Shown: positions 1-9,496, counted from the first letter of the stretch. The stretch is DNA of 50,706 bases from Roseicyclus sp. (GCA_025211115.1 JAOARA010000176.1:1-50706), one strand, 5' to 3'. Translations and numbers: made by a program. Notes: generated by a model not told the origin, from the sequence alone.

Positions 1-1
1 C

Positions 2-1216
2 GAGGCTGGCGGGCACCACCACCTCCATCCAGCGGTGATAGCTGTCCATCGTCACATCCCCGATCCGCTCGGGCCAGCGGTCGTCGACCGGAAAGGGCCA
101 GACCTGCGTCGAGGGCAGCACCACCGCATCACAGGTCTCGAACATCGCGCGCGCTGCCGCGAGCCAGGCCGCCCGCGTCTCGGTCGCCCATTGCACCTGT
201 GCGCCTTTCAGCGCGAAACCGTGGCTCACCTCCCAGCGCGCCTGCGCGGGCAGCAGCGCCTGCCGGTATTCGTCGCGCCAATGCACGCCGAGCGTCAGCG
301 CCACGGCGAACTGGCGCAGGGTCACCCAGGCCTCCCACAGGGCCTTTGCCGGATAGGGCGGTGCCAGCGGCACCACCTCCCAGCCCAGCCCCTCCATCAC
401 GGCCAACGCCGCCTCGGACTGCGCCAGGATGCCCTCCTCCATCGGGTAGGCCCCGCCCCAGTCCCCCAGCCAGCCGATCCGCGGCCTTGCGGGCATCCTG
501 CCCGAGCCGGGGCGATGGGCCCCGTCGGACAGCACGGCCAGCAGCCGCTCAAGATCCGCGATATCGCGCGCCATCGGCCCCTCGGTCGACAGCCGGTGCT
601 GAAAGACGGTCTCGCGCGCCTCGCCCGGCACCAGCCCCGCCGTGGGCCGGAAGCCGTAGACATTGTTCCAGGCGGCCGGGTTGCGCAGGCTGCCCATCAT
701 GTCCGACCCGTCGGCCACGGGAAGCATCCCCAGCGCCAGCGCCACCGCGGCCCCGCCCGAAGACCCGCCCGCGCTGCGCGACAGGTCATAGGGGTTGCGC
801 GTGGCCCCGTAGACCTTGTTCACCGTGTGCGAGCCAAGGCCGAAAGCCGGCACATTGGTCTTGCCGATCACGATCGCACCCGCGGCCCGCAGCCGCCGCA
901 CCAGCCCGTCATCGACCGTGGGCACATGGCCCTTCAGGATCGGCGAGCCCCAGGTCGAGGGCACGCCCTTGACCCCCACCAGGTCCTTGACCGCCACCGG
1001 TATCCCGTGGAGCCACCCTTCGGGCGGCATCGCCTCGGCCAGCCGTGCCTCGCCCATCAACGCCTCGCGGTCCCTCAGCGCCACCACCGCGTTCACCGGG
1101 CCGTTCACCGCGTCGATGCGCCCCAGCACGTCGCGCATCAGATCGACCGGCGAAACTTCCCGCCGCGCGATCCTGCCGCTCAGCTCCGATGCTCCCAGGC
1201 GCCACAGCTCTCCCAT
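2..1216 (-). CDS. Amidase signature family protein (3' end runs off the window)
   Basis: Manual translation from ATG at 1216: MGELWRLGASELSGRIARREVSPVDL...LHGIPVAVKDL...GKTNVP...TRNPYDLSRSAGGSSGGAAVALA...GSDMMGSLRNPAAWNNVYGFRPT, which carries the GGSSGG amidase signature. Not in the ORF track because it has no stop in the window. Confidence 0.9.
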   Translation of the reverse strand, partial: MGELWRLGASELSGRIARREVSPVDLMRDVLGRIDAVNGPVNAVVALRDREALMGEARLAEAMPPEGWLHGIPVAVKDLVGVKGVPSTWGSPILKGHVPTVDDGLVRRLRAAGAIVIGKTNVPAFGLGSHTVNKVYGATRNPYDLSRSAGGSSGGAAVALALGMLPVADGSDMMGSLRNPAAWNNVYGFRPTAGLVPGEARETVFQHRLSTEGPMARDIADLERLLAVLSDGAHRPGSGRMPARPRIGWLGDWGGAYPMEEGILAQSEAALAVMEGLGWEVVPLAPPYPAKALWEAWVTLRQFAVALTLGVHWRDEYRQALLPAQARWEVSHGFALKGAQVQWATETRAAWLAAARAMFETCDAVVLPSTQVWPFPVDDRWPERIGDVTMDSYHRWMEVVVPASL

Positions 1217-1232
1217 CGCGCACCGCTCCCCT

Positions 1233-1255
1233 GCTTCTCCGTTTCGAAAATATCC
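1233..1255 (-). repeat. Diverged copy of the dispersed intergenic repeat (gcttctccgtttcgaaaatatcc on +)
   Basis: Partial similarity to the copies at 17792, 35706 and 39691 (cttc...aaata); same sense relative to transcription. Confidence 0.45.
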
Positions 1256-1432
1256 ACGCCCGTTGCCCGACTGGCGGCTTTGCCGCCGAAAGGGGAGGCA
1301 CCCGAACCCCGCCTTCGGCGCATCCGTCTGTCCAGCCGGACACCCGTCCCACCGGGCCCCCTCGCCCGCGCGAGCGGCCCCGCAGGGGCCCGAGCAAGGG
1401 CGACGCCGGGTCGGGCGCGCAGCGCCCGAGGA

Positions 1433-2554
1433 TCAGTCGGCCCGCGCCTCGGCCCGGCTCTTGCCCGACACGTCCATCGCCAGAACGCTCGCCATCACCC
1501 CGTCCAGATCACCGTCCAGCACGCCACCCGTATCGCTCGTCTCGTAGCCCGTGCGCAGGTCCTTCCCCATCTGGTAGGGCTGCAGCACGTAGGAGCGGAT
1601 CTGGTTGCCCCAGCCCGCATCCCCCTTGTTGTCATGCGCCTCCTGGATCGAGGCGGTGCGCCGCTCCAGCTCCATCTGGTAGAGCCGCGATTTCAGCGCC
1701 TTCATGGCGATGTCGCGGTTCTGGTGCTGCGATTTCTCCGAGCTCGTCACCACGATCCCGGTGGGCAGGTGCGTGATCCGCACCGCCGAGTCGGTCGTGT
1801 TCACATGCTGACCGCCCGCCCCCGAAGAGCGATAGGTGTCGATCCGGATCTCGCTTGGGTTCACCTCGATCTCGATATTGTCGTCGACCACCGGATAGAC
1901 CCAGACCGAGGCGAACGAGGTCTCCCGCGTGCCCTTGCCGAAGGGCGAGATGCGCACCAGCCGGTGAACCCCGCTTTCCGATTTCAGCCAGCCATAGGCG
2001 TTCGGCCCCTTGATCTGGTAGACCACAGACTTGATCCCGGCCTCCGTGCCGGGGCTCATGTCCTGCTGATCGACCTCGAAGCCGCGGCTCTCGGCCCAGC
2101 GGACATACATCCGCGCCAGCATCTGCGCCCAGTCGCAGGCCTCTGTGCCGCCCGCGCCCGCGTTGATCTCGAGGAAGGCGTCGTTGCCGTCCGCCTCGCC
2201 ATCGAGCAGCGCCTCCAGCTCCTTCTTGGCCGCCGTCTCGACCAGCTCGGCCAGCGCCGCCTCGGCCTCGGCCACGACCTCGGCATCGTCTTCCATCTCG
2301 CCCAGCTCGATCAGCTCGGCATTGTCCTCGAGCCCTGCGCGGATCGCCTCGTAGGTGCCCATCCGGTCCACCAGCATCTGCCGGTCGCGCATCAGCTTCT
2401 GCGCGCGGGCGGGATCGTCCCAGAGCGTCGGGTCCTCGACACGGGCGTTGAACTCCTCCAGCCGGTGCGGCGCGGTCTCGATGTCCATCCTCTGCCCCAG
2501 AAGGGTCAGGGACTTCCGGATCTTCTCGATATTGGCTTGCGTCTCGGCGCGCAT
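1433..2554 (-). CDS. prfB: Peptide chain release factor 2
   Basis: SPF tripeptide (VHRLVRISPF), GGQ motif (SSGAGGQHVNTTDSAVRITH), WGNQIRSYVLQPY. Start MRAETQ at 2554; continuous frame with no programmed frameshift. Confidence 0.97.
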   Translation of the reverse strand: MRAETQANIEKIRKSLTLLGQRMDIETAPHRLEEFNARVEDPTLWDDPARAQKLMRDRQMLVDRMGTYEAIRAGLEDNAELIELGEMEDDAEVVAEAEAALAELVETAAKKELEALLDGEADGNDAFLEINAGAGGTEACDWAQMLARMYVRWAESRGFEVDQQDMSPGTEAGIKSVVYQIKGPNAYGWLKSESGVHRLVRISPFGKGTRETSFASVWVYPVVDDNIEIEVNPSEIRIDTYRSSGAGGQHVNTTDSAVRITHLPTGIVVTSSEKSQHQNRDIAMKALKSRLYQMELERRTASIQEAHDNKGDAGWGNQIRSYVLQPYQMGKDLRTGYETSDTGGVLDGDLDGVMASVLAMDVSGKSRAEARAD

Positions 2555-2725
2555 CTGGCTCGGCCTCTTCCTGTCGTTCAGTCCCGGAGATATATCAGCC
2601 CGCCCGCGCGCCACAAGCCCGGCAGGTCGGGGCATGGCGGGGGCCTGCATGTCACGGCCAGCATCCGGCAGCCCTGCCCGCGGCCCATCACAGGGCAAGG
2701 CACCCCGCCGGGAACCTGCGTCCCG

Positions 2726-5299
2726 TCAATACAGCCCGCCCGAACTGAGCGTGCCGAGGCCGGTGCCGGTCGGCACCCGAACCGCCTCGCCGGTCGAGGT
2801 GGTCACGGTCTGGCCGTCAGTCGCGGCCCCCGCGCCGGGAACCCCCTCGGCCCCGCTGATCAGCGGCAGGTCCGAGCCCATGCCCCATCCGCCGTCGATG
2901 ATCGACAGGATGCCGAAATAGGGCTCCTCGCCCTCGCGGAACAGTTCGTAAACCACGTTGTCCCCCTGCGCGCCGTCCTGCAGGCGCTGGCCCGAGAACC
3001 GGTCGATGGGGTAGAAGGCCCCGCCCTCGGGCACCTCGAAGGCGCCGCCGCCGTATTCGCGGATCGCCTCTTGCATGAACTCGTTGAAGACCGGCCCGCA
3101 CATCCCCCCGCCCGAGGCCCCCCGGCCCAGCGGCCGCGGCTGGTCGTAGCCGATGTAGCAGCCCGCCGCGATCGAGGAGGTGAAGCCGACGAACCAGACA
3201 TCGCGCGCCTCGTTCGTGGTGCCGGTCTTGCCCGCGGCGGGCACCGGCAGGTTGACGGTCGAGGCCGCGGTGCCGCGATCCACCACGCCCCGCATCATCG
3301 AGGTGAGCTGGTAGGCGGTGACCGGATCCATCACCCGCTCGCGGTTCGAGACGATGGCGGGCGCCAGCCCCGGCTCGAGCGAGGCGAGCTGGCAATCGGG
3401 GCAGAGGCGCTGGTCGTGGCGATAGACGGTGTTGCCCCAGCGGTCCTGAATGCGGTCCACCAGCGTCGGCTCCACCCGCTCGCCGCCATTGGCGAACATC
3501 GCGTAGGCCGCCACCATGCGGAACAGCGTCGTCTCCTGGCTGCCCAGCGAATTGGCAAGAAAGGGCTGCATGTCGTCATAGACGCCGAACCGCTCGGCAT
3601 AGCGGGCGACGGTTTCCATGCCCACGTCCTGCGCAAGGCGCACGGTCATCAGGTTGCGGCTCATCTCGATCCCGGTGCGCAGCGGCGAGGGACCGTAGAA
3701 ATTGTTCGAGGCATTGGTCGGCCGCCAGATGCCCTCGGCCGTCTCGACCTCGATGGGCGCGTCGAGCACGATGGTGTTCGGGCTGTAGCCGCTGTCGAGC
3801 GCCGCGGCGAAGACGAAGGGCTTGAAGCTCGAGCCCGGCTGCCGCGTCGCCTGTGTCGCGCGGTTGAAGCTGGAATGCTGGTAGGAAAACCCGCCCTGCA
3901 TCGCCAGCACGCGGCCGGTGTTGACGTCCATCGCCATGAAGCCGCCCTGCACGCCCGGCACCTGCCTGAGCGTCCAGCGCAGGAAGCTGCCGTCCGCGTC
4001 GCGCGTCATGGCGCGCACATGCACCACGTCGCCCACCGACAAGAGATCGCCCGCCACCCGCGCCTGCGGCCCGCGGTTGCCGTCCTCGTCGACGGGCCGC
4101 GCCCAGGTCACGTCCTCGGCCGGGATGAAATGACCGTCCTCGTCCTCCTCCACGCCCTCGATGCCGATGCGCGCGGCACTCGTGCCGACCTCCAGCACCA
4201 CCGCGGGGAACCAGCCGTCGATGTCGCGCGCGATGTCGGCCCGCGCCAGCGCCTCGCGCCAGCTGGCCTCGTCCTGCAGCTGCGCGGGGTCGATCCGGTC
4301 CACCGGCCCGCGCCAGAGGCCGAGGTCGCGGTCGTAGCGTTCCAGCGCGCGGCGCAGCGCCCGCTCGGCCACGCGCTGCAGGTCTTCGTCCATCGTGGCG
4401 CGCACGGCATAGCCGCCGGTGAAGAACTCGTCCTCGCCGTATTGCGCCGAGAGCTGGCGGCGGATCTCGTCGGTGAAGTAGTTGCGCGGCGGGCGCGCGG
4501 TGCGGAACGGCGCGATATGCCCGCCCTGCACCGATTCCAGCGGCCGCTCGGTCGCGCGCTCCATCTCGTCGCGCGAGATATAGCCGTTCTCGAACATCTC
4601 GCGCAGCACGTAGTTGCGGCGGCTGATCGCCCGGTCATAGTCGCGCACCGGGTGAAAATTCGACGGTGCCTGCGGCAGGGCCGCAAGATAGGCCGCCTGC
4701 TCCAGCGTGAGGTCTTCGAGATTGGCGTTGAAATAGGTCTGCGCGGCGGCGGCCACGCCGTAACTGTTTTGCCCGAGGAAGATCTCATTCAGATACAGTT
4801 CGAGAATGCGGTCCTTCGACAGCGCCGTCTCGATCCGGGCGGCAAGGATGATCTCGCGCACCTTGCGCTCGATGGTGCGCGAGCCGTCGAGCAGAAAGTT
4901 CTTCATCACCTGCTGCGTGATGGTCGAGGCCCCGCGCACGTCGCGCCCGCGGCTTCGCACCGCCTCGACGAAGGCGGCGGCGATGGCGCGCGGGTCATAG
5001 CCGCCATGCTCGTAGAAATTCCGGTCCTCGGCGCTGACGAAGGCATGCGAGATGCGCGCGGGGATCTCGTCGGCGGGCACGAACAGCCGCCGCTCGGCGG
5101 CGAACTCGTCCACGATCATGCCTTCGCGCGAATAGATGCGGCTGATCGTGGGCGGCGTGTAATTGGCCAAGGCCTCGTGATCGGGCAGATCATGGGAATA
5201 CATGTAGAGCAGACCGCCCACCGCGATCGCCACGGCGACGATGCCGAGCGTGACGGCGGTGAAGATCGCGCCGAAAAAGCCAATCGTGAATCGGATCAT
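2726..5299 (-). CDS. mrcA: Penicillin-binding protein 1A (bifunctional transglycosylase/transpeptidase)
   Basis: N-terminal TM helix, EDRNFYEH, RGASTITQQVMKN, RKVREI, SxxK (QPGSSFKP), SRN, KTGT; start MIRFTIG at 5299. Confidence 0.95.
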   Translation of the reverse strand: MIRFTIGFFGAIFTAVTLGIVAVAIAVGGLLYMYSHDLPDHEALANYTPPTISRIYSREGMIVDEFAAERRLFVPADEIPARISHAFVSAEDRNFYEHGGYDPRAIAAAFVEAVRSRGRDVRGASTITQQVMKNFLLDGSRTIERKVREIILAARIETALSKDRILELYLNEIFLGQNSYGVAAAAQTYFNANLEDLTLEQAAYLAALPQAPSNFHPVRDYDRAISRRNYVLREMFENGYISRDEMERATERPLESVQGGHIAPFRTARPPRNYFTDEIRRQLSAQYGEDEFFTGGYAVRATMDEDLQRVAERALRRALERYDRDLGLWRGPVDRIDPAQLQDEASWREALARADIARDIDGWFPAVVLEVGTSAARIGIEGVEEDEDGHFIPAEDVTWARPVDEDGNRGPQARVAGDLLSVGDVVHVRAMTRDADGSFLRWTLRQVPGVQGGFMAMDVNTGRVLAMQGGFSYQHSSFNRATQATRQPGSSFKPFVFAAALDSGYSPNTIVLDAPIEVETAEGIWRPTNASNNFYGPSPLRTGIEMSRNLMTVRLAQDVGMETVARYAERFGVYDDMQPFLANSLGSQETTLFRMVAAYAMFANGGERVEPTLVDRIQDRWGNTVYRHDQRLCPDCQLASLEPGLAPAIVSNRERVMDPVTAYQLTSMMRGVVDRGTAASTVNLPVPAAGKTGTTNEARDVWFVGFTSSIAAGCYIGYDQPRPLGRGASGGGMCGPVFNEFMQEAIREYGGGAFEVPEGGAFYPIDRFSGQRLQDGAQGDNVVYELFREGEEPYFGILSIIDGGWGMGSDLPLISGAEGVPGAGAATDGQTVTTSTGEAVRVPTGTGLGTLSSGGLY

Positions 5300-5404
5300 G
5301 AGCCGCTGCCCGTTCCTGTTGCCAAGCCTATACAGGCCGCGCCCCGCCCGATCAAACACCATGGGCGGCTTTTCGCCCCGCAGGGGCATCACCATGTTGT
5401 GCGC

Positions 5405-6004
5405 ATGACCGGACCCGATGACATCCTTCCCGCCTACGAGCGAGAGGCCGCGCGATGGGCCCGCGACCGCAACCGCGACCTGTGGGAAGCGCCGGCGCTG
5501 GCCGCCACCGTCGCGGGCCGCTCGCCGGGGCTGGCGGTGCTCGACCTCGGCTGCGGCGCGGGCCAGCCCATCGCGGAATGGTATGTCGCCCGCGGCGACC
5601 GGGTGACCGGCGTCGACGGGGCCGCGGCGATGCTGGCCGAATTCGCCGCCCGCCTGCCGCGGGCCGAGGCGATCCATGCCGACATGCGGGGGCTGCGGCT
5701 GGGGCGGCGCTTCGACGTGATCCTGGCCTTCAATTCGCTGTTCCACCTGTCGCCCGGCGACCAGCGCGCGATGTTCCCTGTGCTTGCCGCCCATGCCGCG
5801 CCGGGTGCGCGGCTTCTGTTCACTAGTGGCCCGGCGACGGGCGAGGCCATCGGCCGCGTCGGCGACAGCCCCGTCTACCACGCCAGCCTCGCCCCCGAGG
5901 ACTACCGCGGGCTTCTGACCGAGACCGGGTTCTCACCGCTCTGGTTCCGGCCCGAAGACCCCGAGTTCCGCGGCCATTCCGTCTGGCTGGCCGAGCGGCG
6001 CTGA
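5405..6004 (+). CDS. Class I SAM-dependent methyltransferase
   Basis: C-terminal 199 aa of the 35..6004 ORF: VLDLGCGAG, VTGVDGAAAML, HADMR, FDVILAFNSLFHL. Confidence 0.9.
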   Translation: MTGPDDILPAYEREAARWARDRNRDLWEAPALAATVAGRSPGLAVLDLGCGAGQPIAEWYVARGDRVTGVDGAAAMLAEFAARLPRAEAIHADMRGLRLGRRFDVILAFNSLFHLSPGDQRAMFPVLAAHAAPGARLLFTSGPATGEAIGRVGDSPVYHASLAPEDYRGLLTETGFSPLWFRPEDPEFRGHSVWLAERR

Positions 6005-6007
6005 CCG

Positions 6008-7252
6008 CTACTGCCGGACCAGCGACATGCGCGCCGCATCCGCATCGGCCCAGCCGAGGATGCCGTCGACCAGCGCCGCCTGCATCTGCGCGCGCCAATC
6101 CGCATCGAGGATGTTGCGCAGGTCGCGGGCATCCGACATGAAGCCGATCTCCAGCAGGACCGACGGGATATCGGCCGCCCGCAGCACGGTGAACCCCGCC
6201 TCGCCCAGCGGACGGGAATGCAGCCGCAACTCGCCCTCGGAGATCCCGGCGACAAGCGCCTCGGCCAGGGCGCGGCTGCGCGGCGCGGTCTCGAGCCGGG
6301 CAAGGTCCATCAGCACGCCCGCCACCACGTCATCGGCCCCGTGCAGGTCGATCCCCTGCAACAGGTCGGCGCGGTCATGCTGCTCGGCGAGGGCCTCGGC
6401 GGCGGCATCCGAGGCGGTTTCGGACAAGGTATAGACCGTCGCCCCCCGCGCCACCCCTTCGGCCAGCGCATCGGCATGGAGCGACACCAAAAGGTCGGCG
6501 TCGGCCGCGCGGGCCAGCGTCACGCGGGTCGGCAGCGGCACGAACACGTCGCTGTCGCGGGTCAGCACCACCTCGACACGGCCCGTCCGGCGCAGCGCGT
6601 CGCGCAGCTCGCGCGCAAAGGTCAACACCAGCTCGGCCTCGGTGTGATCGCCGCGCACGGCGCCCGGATCGACGCCGCCATGCCCCGGATCGAGCACGAC
6701 CGTCACCCGCCCGTCCGGCGCGCCGCGCGGCACCTCGGCCACCGTCGGCGCGGGGCCCGCAGCCTCGCGCGGGGCCGCGGCCCCGGCGCGGAACTCTGCC
6801 TCGGTGACCGGCGCAAGGGTCACCGCGACCTGCGCCATGCCGCTCGCGGGGTCGGTCGTCATCGCTGCCATCCGGGGCGCCAACGGTGCGGTCAACGTCA
6901 ACACCAGCCGGGTCCAGCCCGCCTCTCGCGCGGGCCCTGCCGCCAACGACGCAATGCCCGGCGGCAAGCTATCCGCCTGCGCCTCGGGCCAATCGCCGAA
7001 GGCGACTTCGCGGAAATCGACGACGACGCGCGCCGGGTCGGCCAGCGTGAAGACACGGAACGGCACCGGCTGGCTCAGGCCGAGCGTGAGGGACACCCCA
7101 TCGCCCGACGCCACGATCCGGCTGTCCTCGGGCAACAGGCGCGACAACGCGCCGAACCCCTGCGCTTGGGCGATCATGGGCAAAAGGCACAGCATCAGGC
7201 TGGCCAGAACACGGGTTACTGCTGCTCGGCGCACGGGGTTGGTCCCGGTCAT
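6008..7252 (-). CDS. amiC: N-acetylmuramoyl-L-alanine amidase (AMIN + Amidase_3), AmiC-like
   Basis: Signal peptide, AMIN-like FTLADPARVVVDF, VVLDPGHGGVDPGA, SLHAD, SVLLEIGFMS. Start uncertain (7252 or 7195). Confidence 0.9.
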   Translation of the reverse strand: MTGTNPVRRAAVTRVLASLMLCLLPMIAQAQGFGALSRLLPEDSRIVASGDGVSLTLGLSQPVPFRVFTLADPARVVVDFREVAFGDWPEAQADSLPPGIASLAAGPAREAGWTRLVLTLTAPLAPRMAAMTTDPASGMAQVAVTLAPVTEAEFRAGAAAPREAAGPAPTVAEVPRGAPDGRVTVVLDPGHGGVDPGAVRGDHTEAELVLTFARELRDALRRTGRVEVVLTRDSDVFVPLPTRVTLARAADADLLVSLHADALAEGVARGATVYTLSETASDAAAEALAEQHDRADLLQGIDLHGADDVVAGVLMDLARLETAPRSRALAEALVAGISEGELRLHSRPLGEAGFTVLRAADIPSVLLEIGFMSDARDLRNILDADWRAQMQAALVDGILGWADADAARMSLVRQ

Positions 7253-7366
7253 GGTTTTGGTTGCCGACAGGTTACCAGACCGCTCCGGCAGGCCCAAGGG
7301 CTTCGGGCGTCTCGCCCGCGAAAAACGCGGTGGCGCATCGCGGCACCGATGAGCACGCCCTTGACG

Positions 7367-8515
7367 TCACGCCAATCCGCCGAAGAACCGGGCCAGACGT
7401 GCCACCCCCTCTTCGATCTCGGGCGTCGAGCGCGCATAGGACAGCCGCAGGAACCCCGCCCCCCGCGCCTTGTCGAAATCGAGGCCCGGCGTGACCGCGA
7501 CGCCTGCCTCCGCAAGGATGCGGGAGGAGAGCGCGAGACTGTCATCGGTCAGGTGCGAGACATCGACATAGACGTAGAACGCCCCGTCGGCAGGAGCCGT
7601 CCCGGTCAGGCCCGCGGCCGCCAGCCCATCCAACAAAATCTTGCGATTCCTGACATATACGGCGCGATGTTCATCCAGTTCCGCGCGCCCCTCGGGGCTG
7701 AGGGCCCCAAGCGCGGCGATCTGGCTGGCGTGGCTGGGGCAGATGAACATGTTCTGCGCCAGCCGCTCGACCACCCGGACATGATCCGGCGGCACGACCA
7801 TCCAGCCCAACCGCCACCCGGTCATCGAGAAATACTTGGAGAAGGAGTTGATGACATAGACGTCATCGGTGACTTCCAACGCGCTGACGGCGCGGCCCCC
7901 GTATTGAAGTCCGTGGTAAATTTCATCCGAAATCAGGGATATATCAAGCGACGTTGAAGTATCACTCAAACCTTGCAACTCGGGCTTGCCCAGCATGGTC
8001 CCGGTCGGGTTGGCGGGGCTTGCCACGATCAAACCGGCGAGGTCGCCGGTCAACTGCTCCGGCACCGGCTGGTAGCGCGTCGCAAGCTCGGTGCGCAGCG
8101 CCACCGGCTCGAGGCTCATCGCGGTCAGGATCTGACGATAGGACGGGTAGCACGGTTCCCCCAGCCCCACGCGGTCGCCCGCATCGAACAGCGCCGAGAA
8201 GGCCAGCAGGAACCCGCCCGACGCCCCCGACGTCAGGATCACGCGCGCCGGGTCGAGGTCGAGATCATACCACTCGCCATAGAGCGCCGCGATGGCCGCG
8301 CGCAGGTCGGGCCGCCCCAGCGCGACGGTGTAGCCCAGCGGTCCCTTCTCCATCTCCTCGGCCAGCCTTTGCCGCGCGGCCCGTGGCGCGCCGGTGCCGG
8401 GCTGGCCCACTTCCATGTGGATGATGTGGCGGCCCGCCTCTTCGGCGGCGCGGGCGGCCTCCATGACATCCATGACGATGAACGGATCGACGGCGCTGCG
8501 GCGCGAGACACGCAT
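7367..8515 (-). CDS. PLP-dependent aminotransferase class I/II (aspartate aminotransferase-like)
   Basis: HMEVGQP, ASPANPTG, ISDEIYHG, NSFSKYFSMTGWRLGW (PLP lysine); start MRVSRRSAVDPFIVMDV at 8515. Confidence 0.93.
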   Translation of the reverse strand: MRVSRRSAVDPFIVMDVMEAARAAEEAGRHIIHMEVGQPGTGAPRAARQRLAEEMEKGPLGYTVALGRPDLRAAIAALYGEWYDLDLDPARVILTSGASGGFLLAFSALFDAGDRVGLGEPCYPSYRQILTAMSLEPVALRTELATRYQPVPEQLTGDLAGLIVASPANPTGTMLGKPELQGLSDTSTSLDISLISDEIYHGLQYGGRAVSALEVTDDVYVINSFSKYFSMTGWRLGWMVVPPDHVRVVERLAQNMFICPSHASQIAALGALSPEGRAELDEHRAVYVRNRKILLDGLAAAGLTGTAPADGAFYVYVDVSHLTDDSLALSSRILAEAGVAVTPGLDFDKARGAGFLRLSYARSTPEIEEGVARLARFFGGLA

Positions 8516-8675
8516 GGAACCCTCCGGTTGCTGTGCCCGCGCCTTGAACCAGCCCCGCCCGCCCGCGTCAACGGTCACGCCCGCGTGAGCGCCCCTCGGC
8601 GCAAGGCGTCGGTGCTGGCAAGCGGGCGCGGATATGCTACGCATGGCACGACACCGCAACGAATGAGCGACGCCC

Positions 8676-9428
8676 GTGCTGAAACACCTCTCCGCCCTTG
8701 CCCTCACCTGCGCCATGGCCCTGCCGGCCGCGGCGACCGATCTGGACAATCTCACCGATGCCGAGCGCGAAGCCTTTCGCGCCGAGGTGCGCAGCTTCCT
8801 TGTCGAGAACCCCGAGGTTCTGATGGAGGCCTTTGCCGTGCTCGAGCAGCGCCAGGCCGAGGCCGAGGTCGAGCGCGACGCCATGGCCGTGGCCGCGAAT
8901 GCCAACGCGCTCTTCGCCTCGGCCTTCGACGTGGTTCTCGGCAATCCCGAGGGCGACATCACCGTCGTCGAGTTCATGGATTACCGCTGCGGCTTCTGCC
9001 GCCGCGCCCATCCCGAGGTGCTGGACCTGGTCGAGCTGGACGGCAACATCCGCCTTGTCGTCAAGGAATTCCCGATCCTGGGCGAGCAATCGGTCCTCGC
9101 CTCGCGCTTTGCCATCGCCACCCGCGTCGCGCTGGGGGACGAGGCCTATTTCGAGGTCTTCGACGCGATGATGACGATGCGCGGCGACATGACCCAACCC
9201 GCGCTGATGGCGCTGGCCGAGGGGCTGGGCCTCGACAGCGCGGCGATCGTCGCCTCGCTCGATGATCCGCTGGTGCGCCAGACCATCGACTACAACCGCG
9301 CGCTTGGCGAGCGGCTGCAGATCTCGGGCACGCCCACCTTCGTGTTCGGCGACCAGATGGTGCGGGGTTACGTTCCGCTCGACGGGATGCTCGAGATCGT
9401 GGCGATGCTGCGCGACGACGCGCAGTAA
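8676..9428 (+). CDS. DsbA family (thioredoxin-fold) periplasmic protein
   Basis: Signal peptide, EFMDYRCGFC (CxxC), KEFPILG, ISGTPTFV (cis-Pro loop); GTG start. Confidence 0.92.
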   Translation: MLKHLSALALTCAMALPAAATDLDNLTDAEREAFRAEVRSFLVENPEVLMEAFAVLEQRQAEAEVERDAMAVAANANALFASAFDVVLGNPEGDITVVEFMDYRCGFCRRAHPEVLDLVELDGNIRLVVKEFPILGEQSVLASRFAIATRVALGDEAYFEVFDAMMTMRGDMTQPALMALAEGLGLDSAAIVASLDDPLVRQTIDYNRALGERLQISGTPTFVFGDQMVRGYVPLDGMLEIVAMLRDDAQ

Positions 9429-9446
9429 ACATCGCGTCAGACATGC

Positions 9447-9474
9447 AAAAAGGGCGCCCCTCGGGGCGCCCTTT
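9447..9474. terminator. Bidirectional intrinsic terminator between convergent dsbA-like gene and rne
   Basis: aaaaagggcgcccc-tc-ggggcgcccttt: GC stem flanked by A and T runs. Confidence 0.85.
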
Positions 9475-9496
9475 GTCGTTTCGACCGGTCGGACGG

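Noticed and set aside
35-5404. 1989-aa + strand ORF (35..6004)
   Set aside because: Shadow frame antisense to amidase, prfB and mrcA; Arg/His/Pro-rich with no motifs. Only its last 199 codons are a real methyltransferase.
7900-7985. AT-rich patch as dif, parS or oriC
   Set aside because: No XerD-arm TTATG, no parS palindrome and no DnaA-box cluster found by eye.
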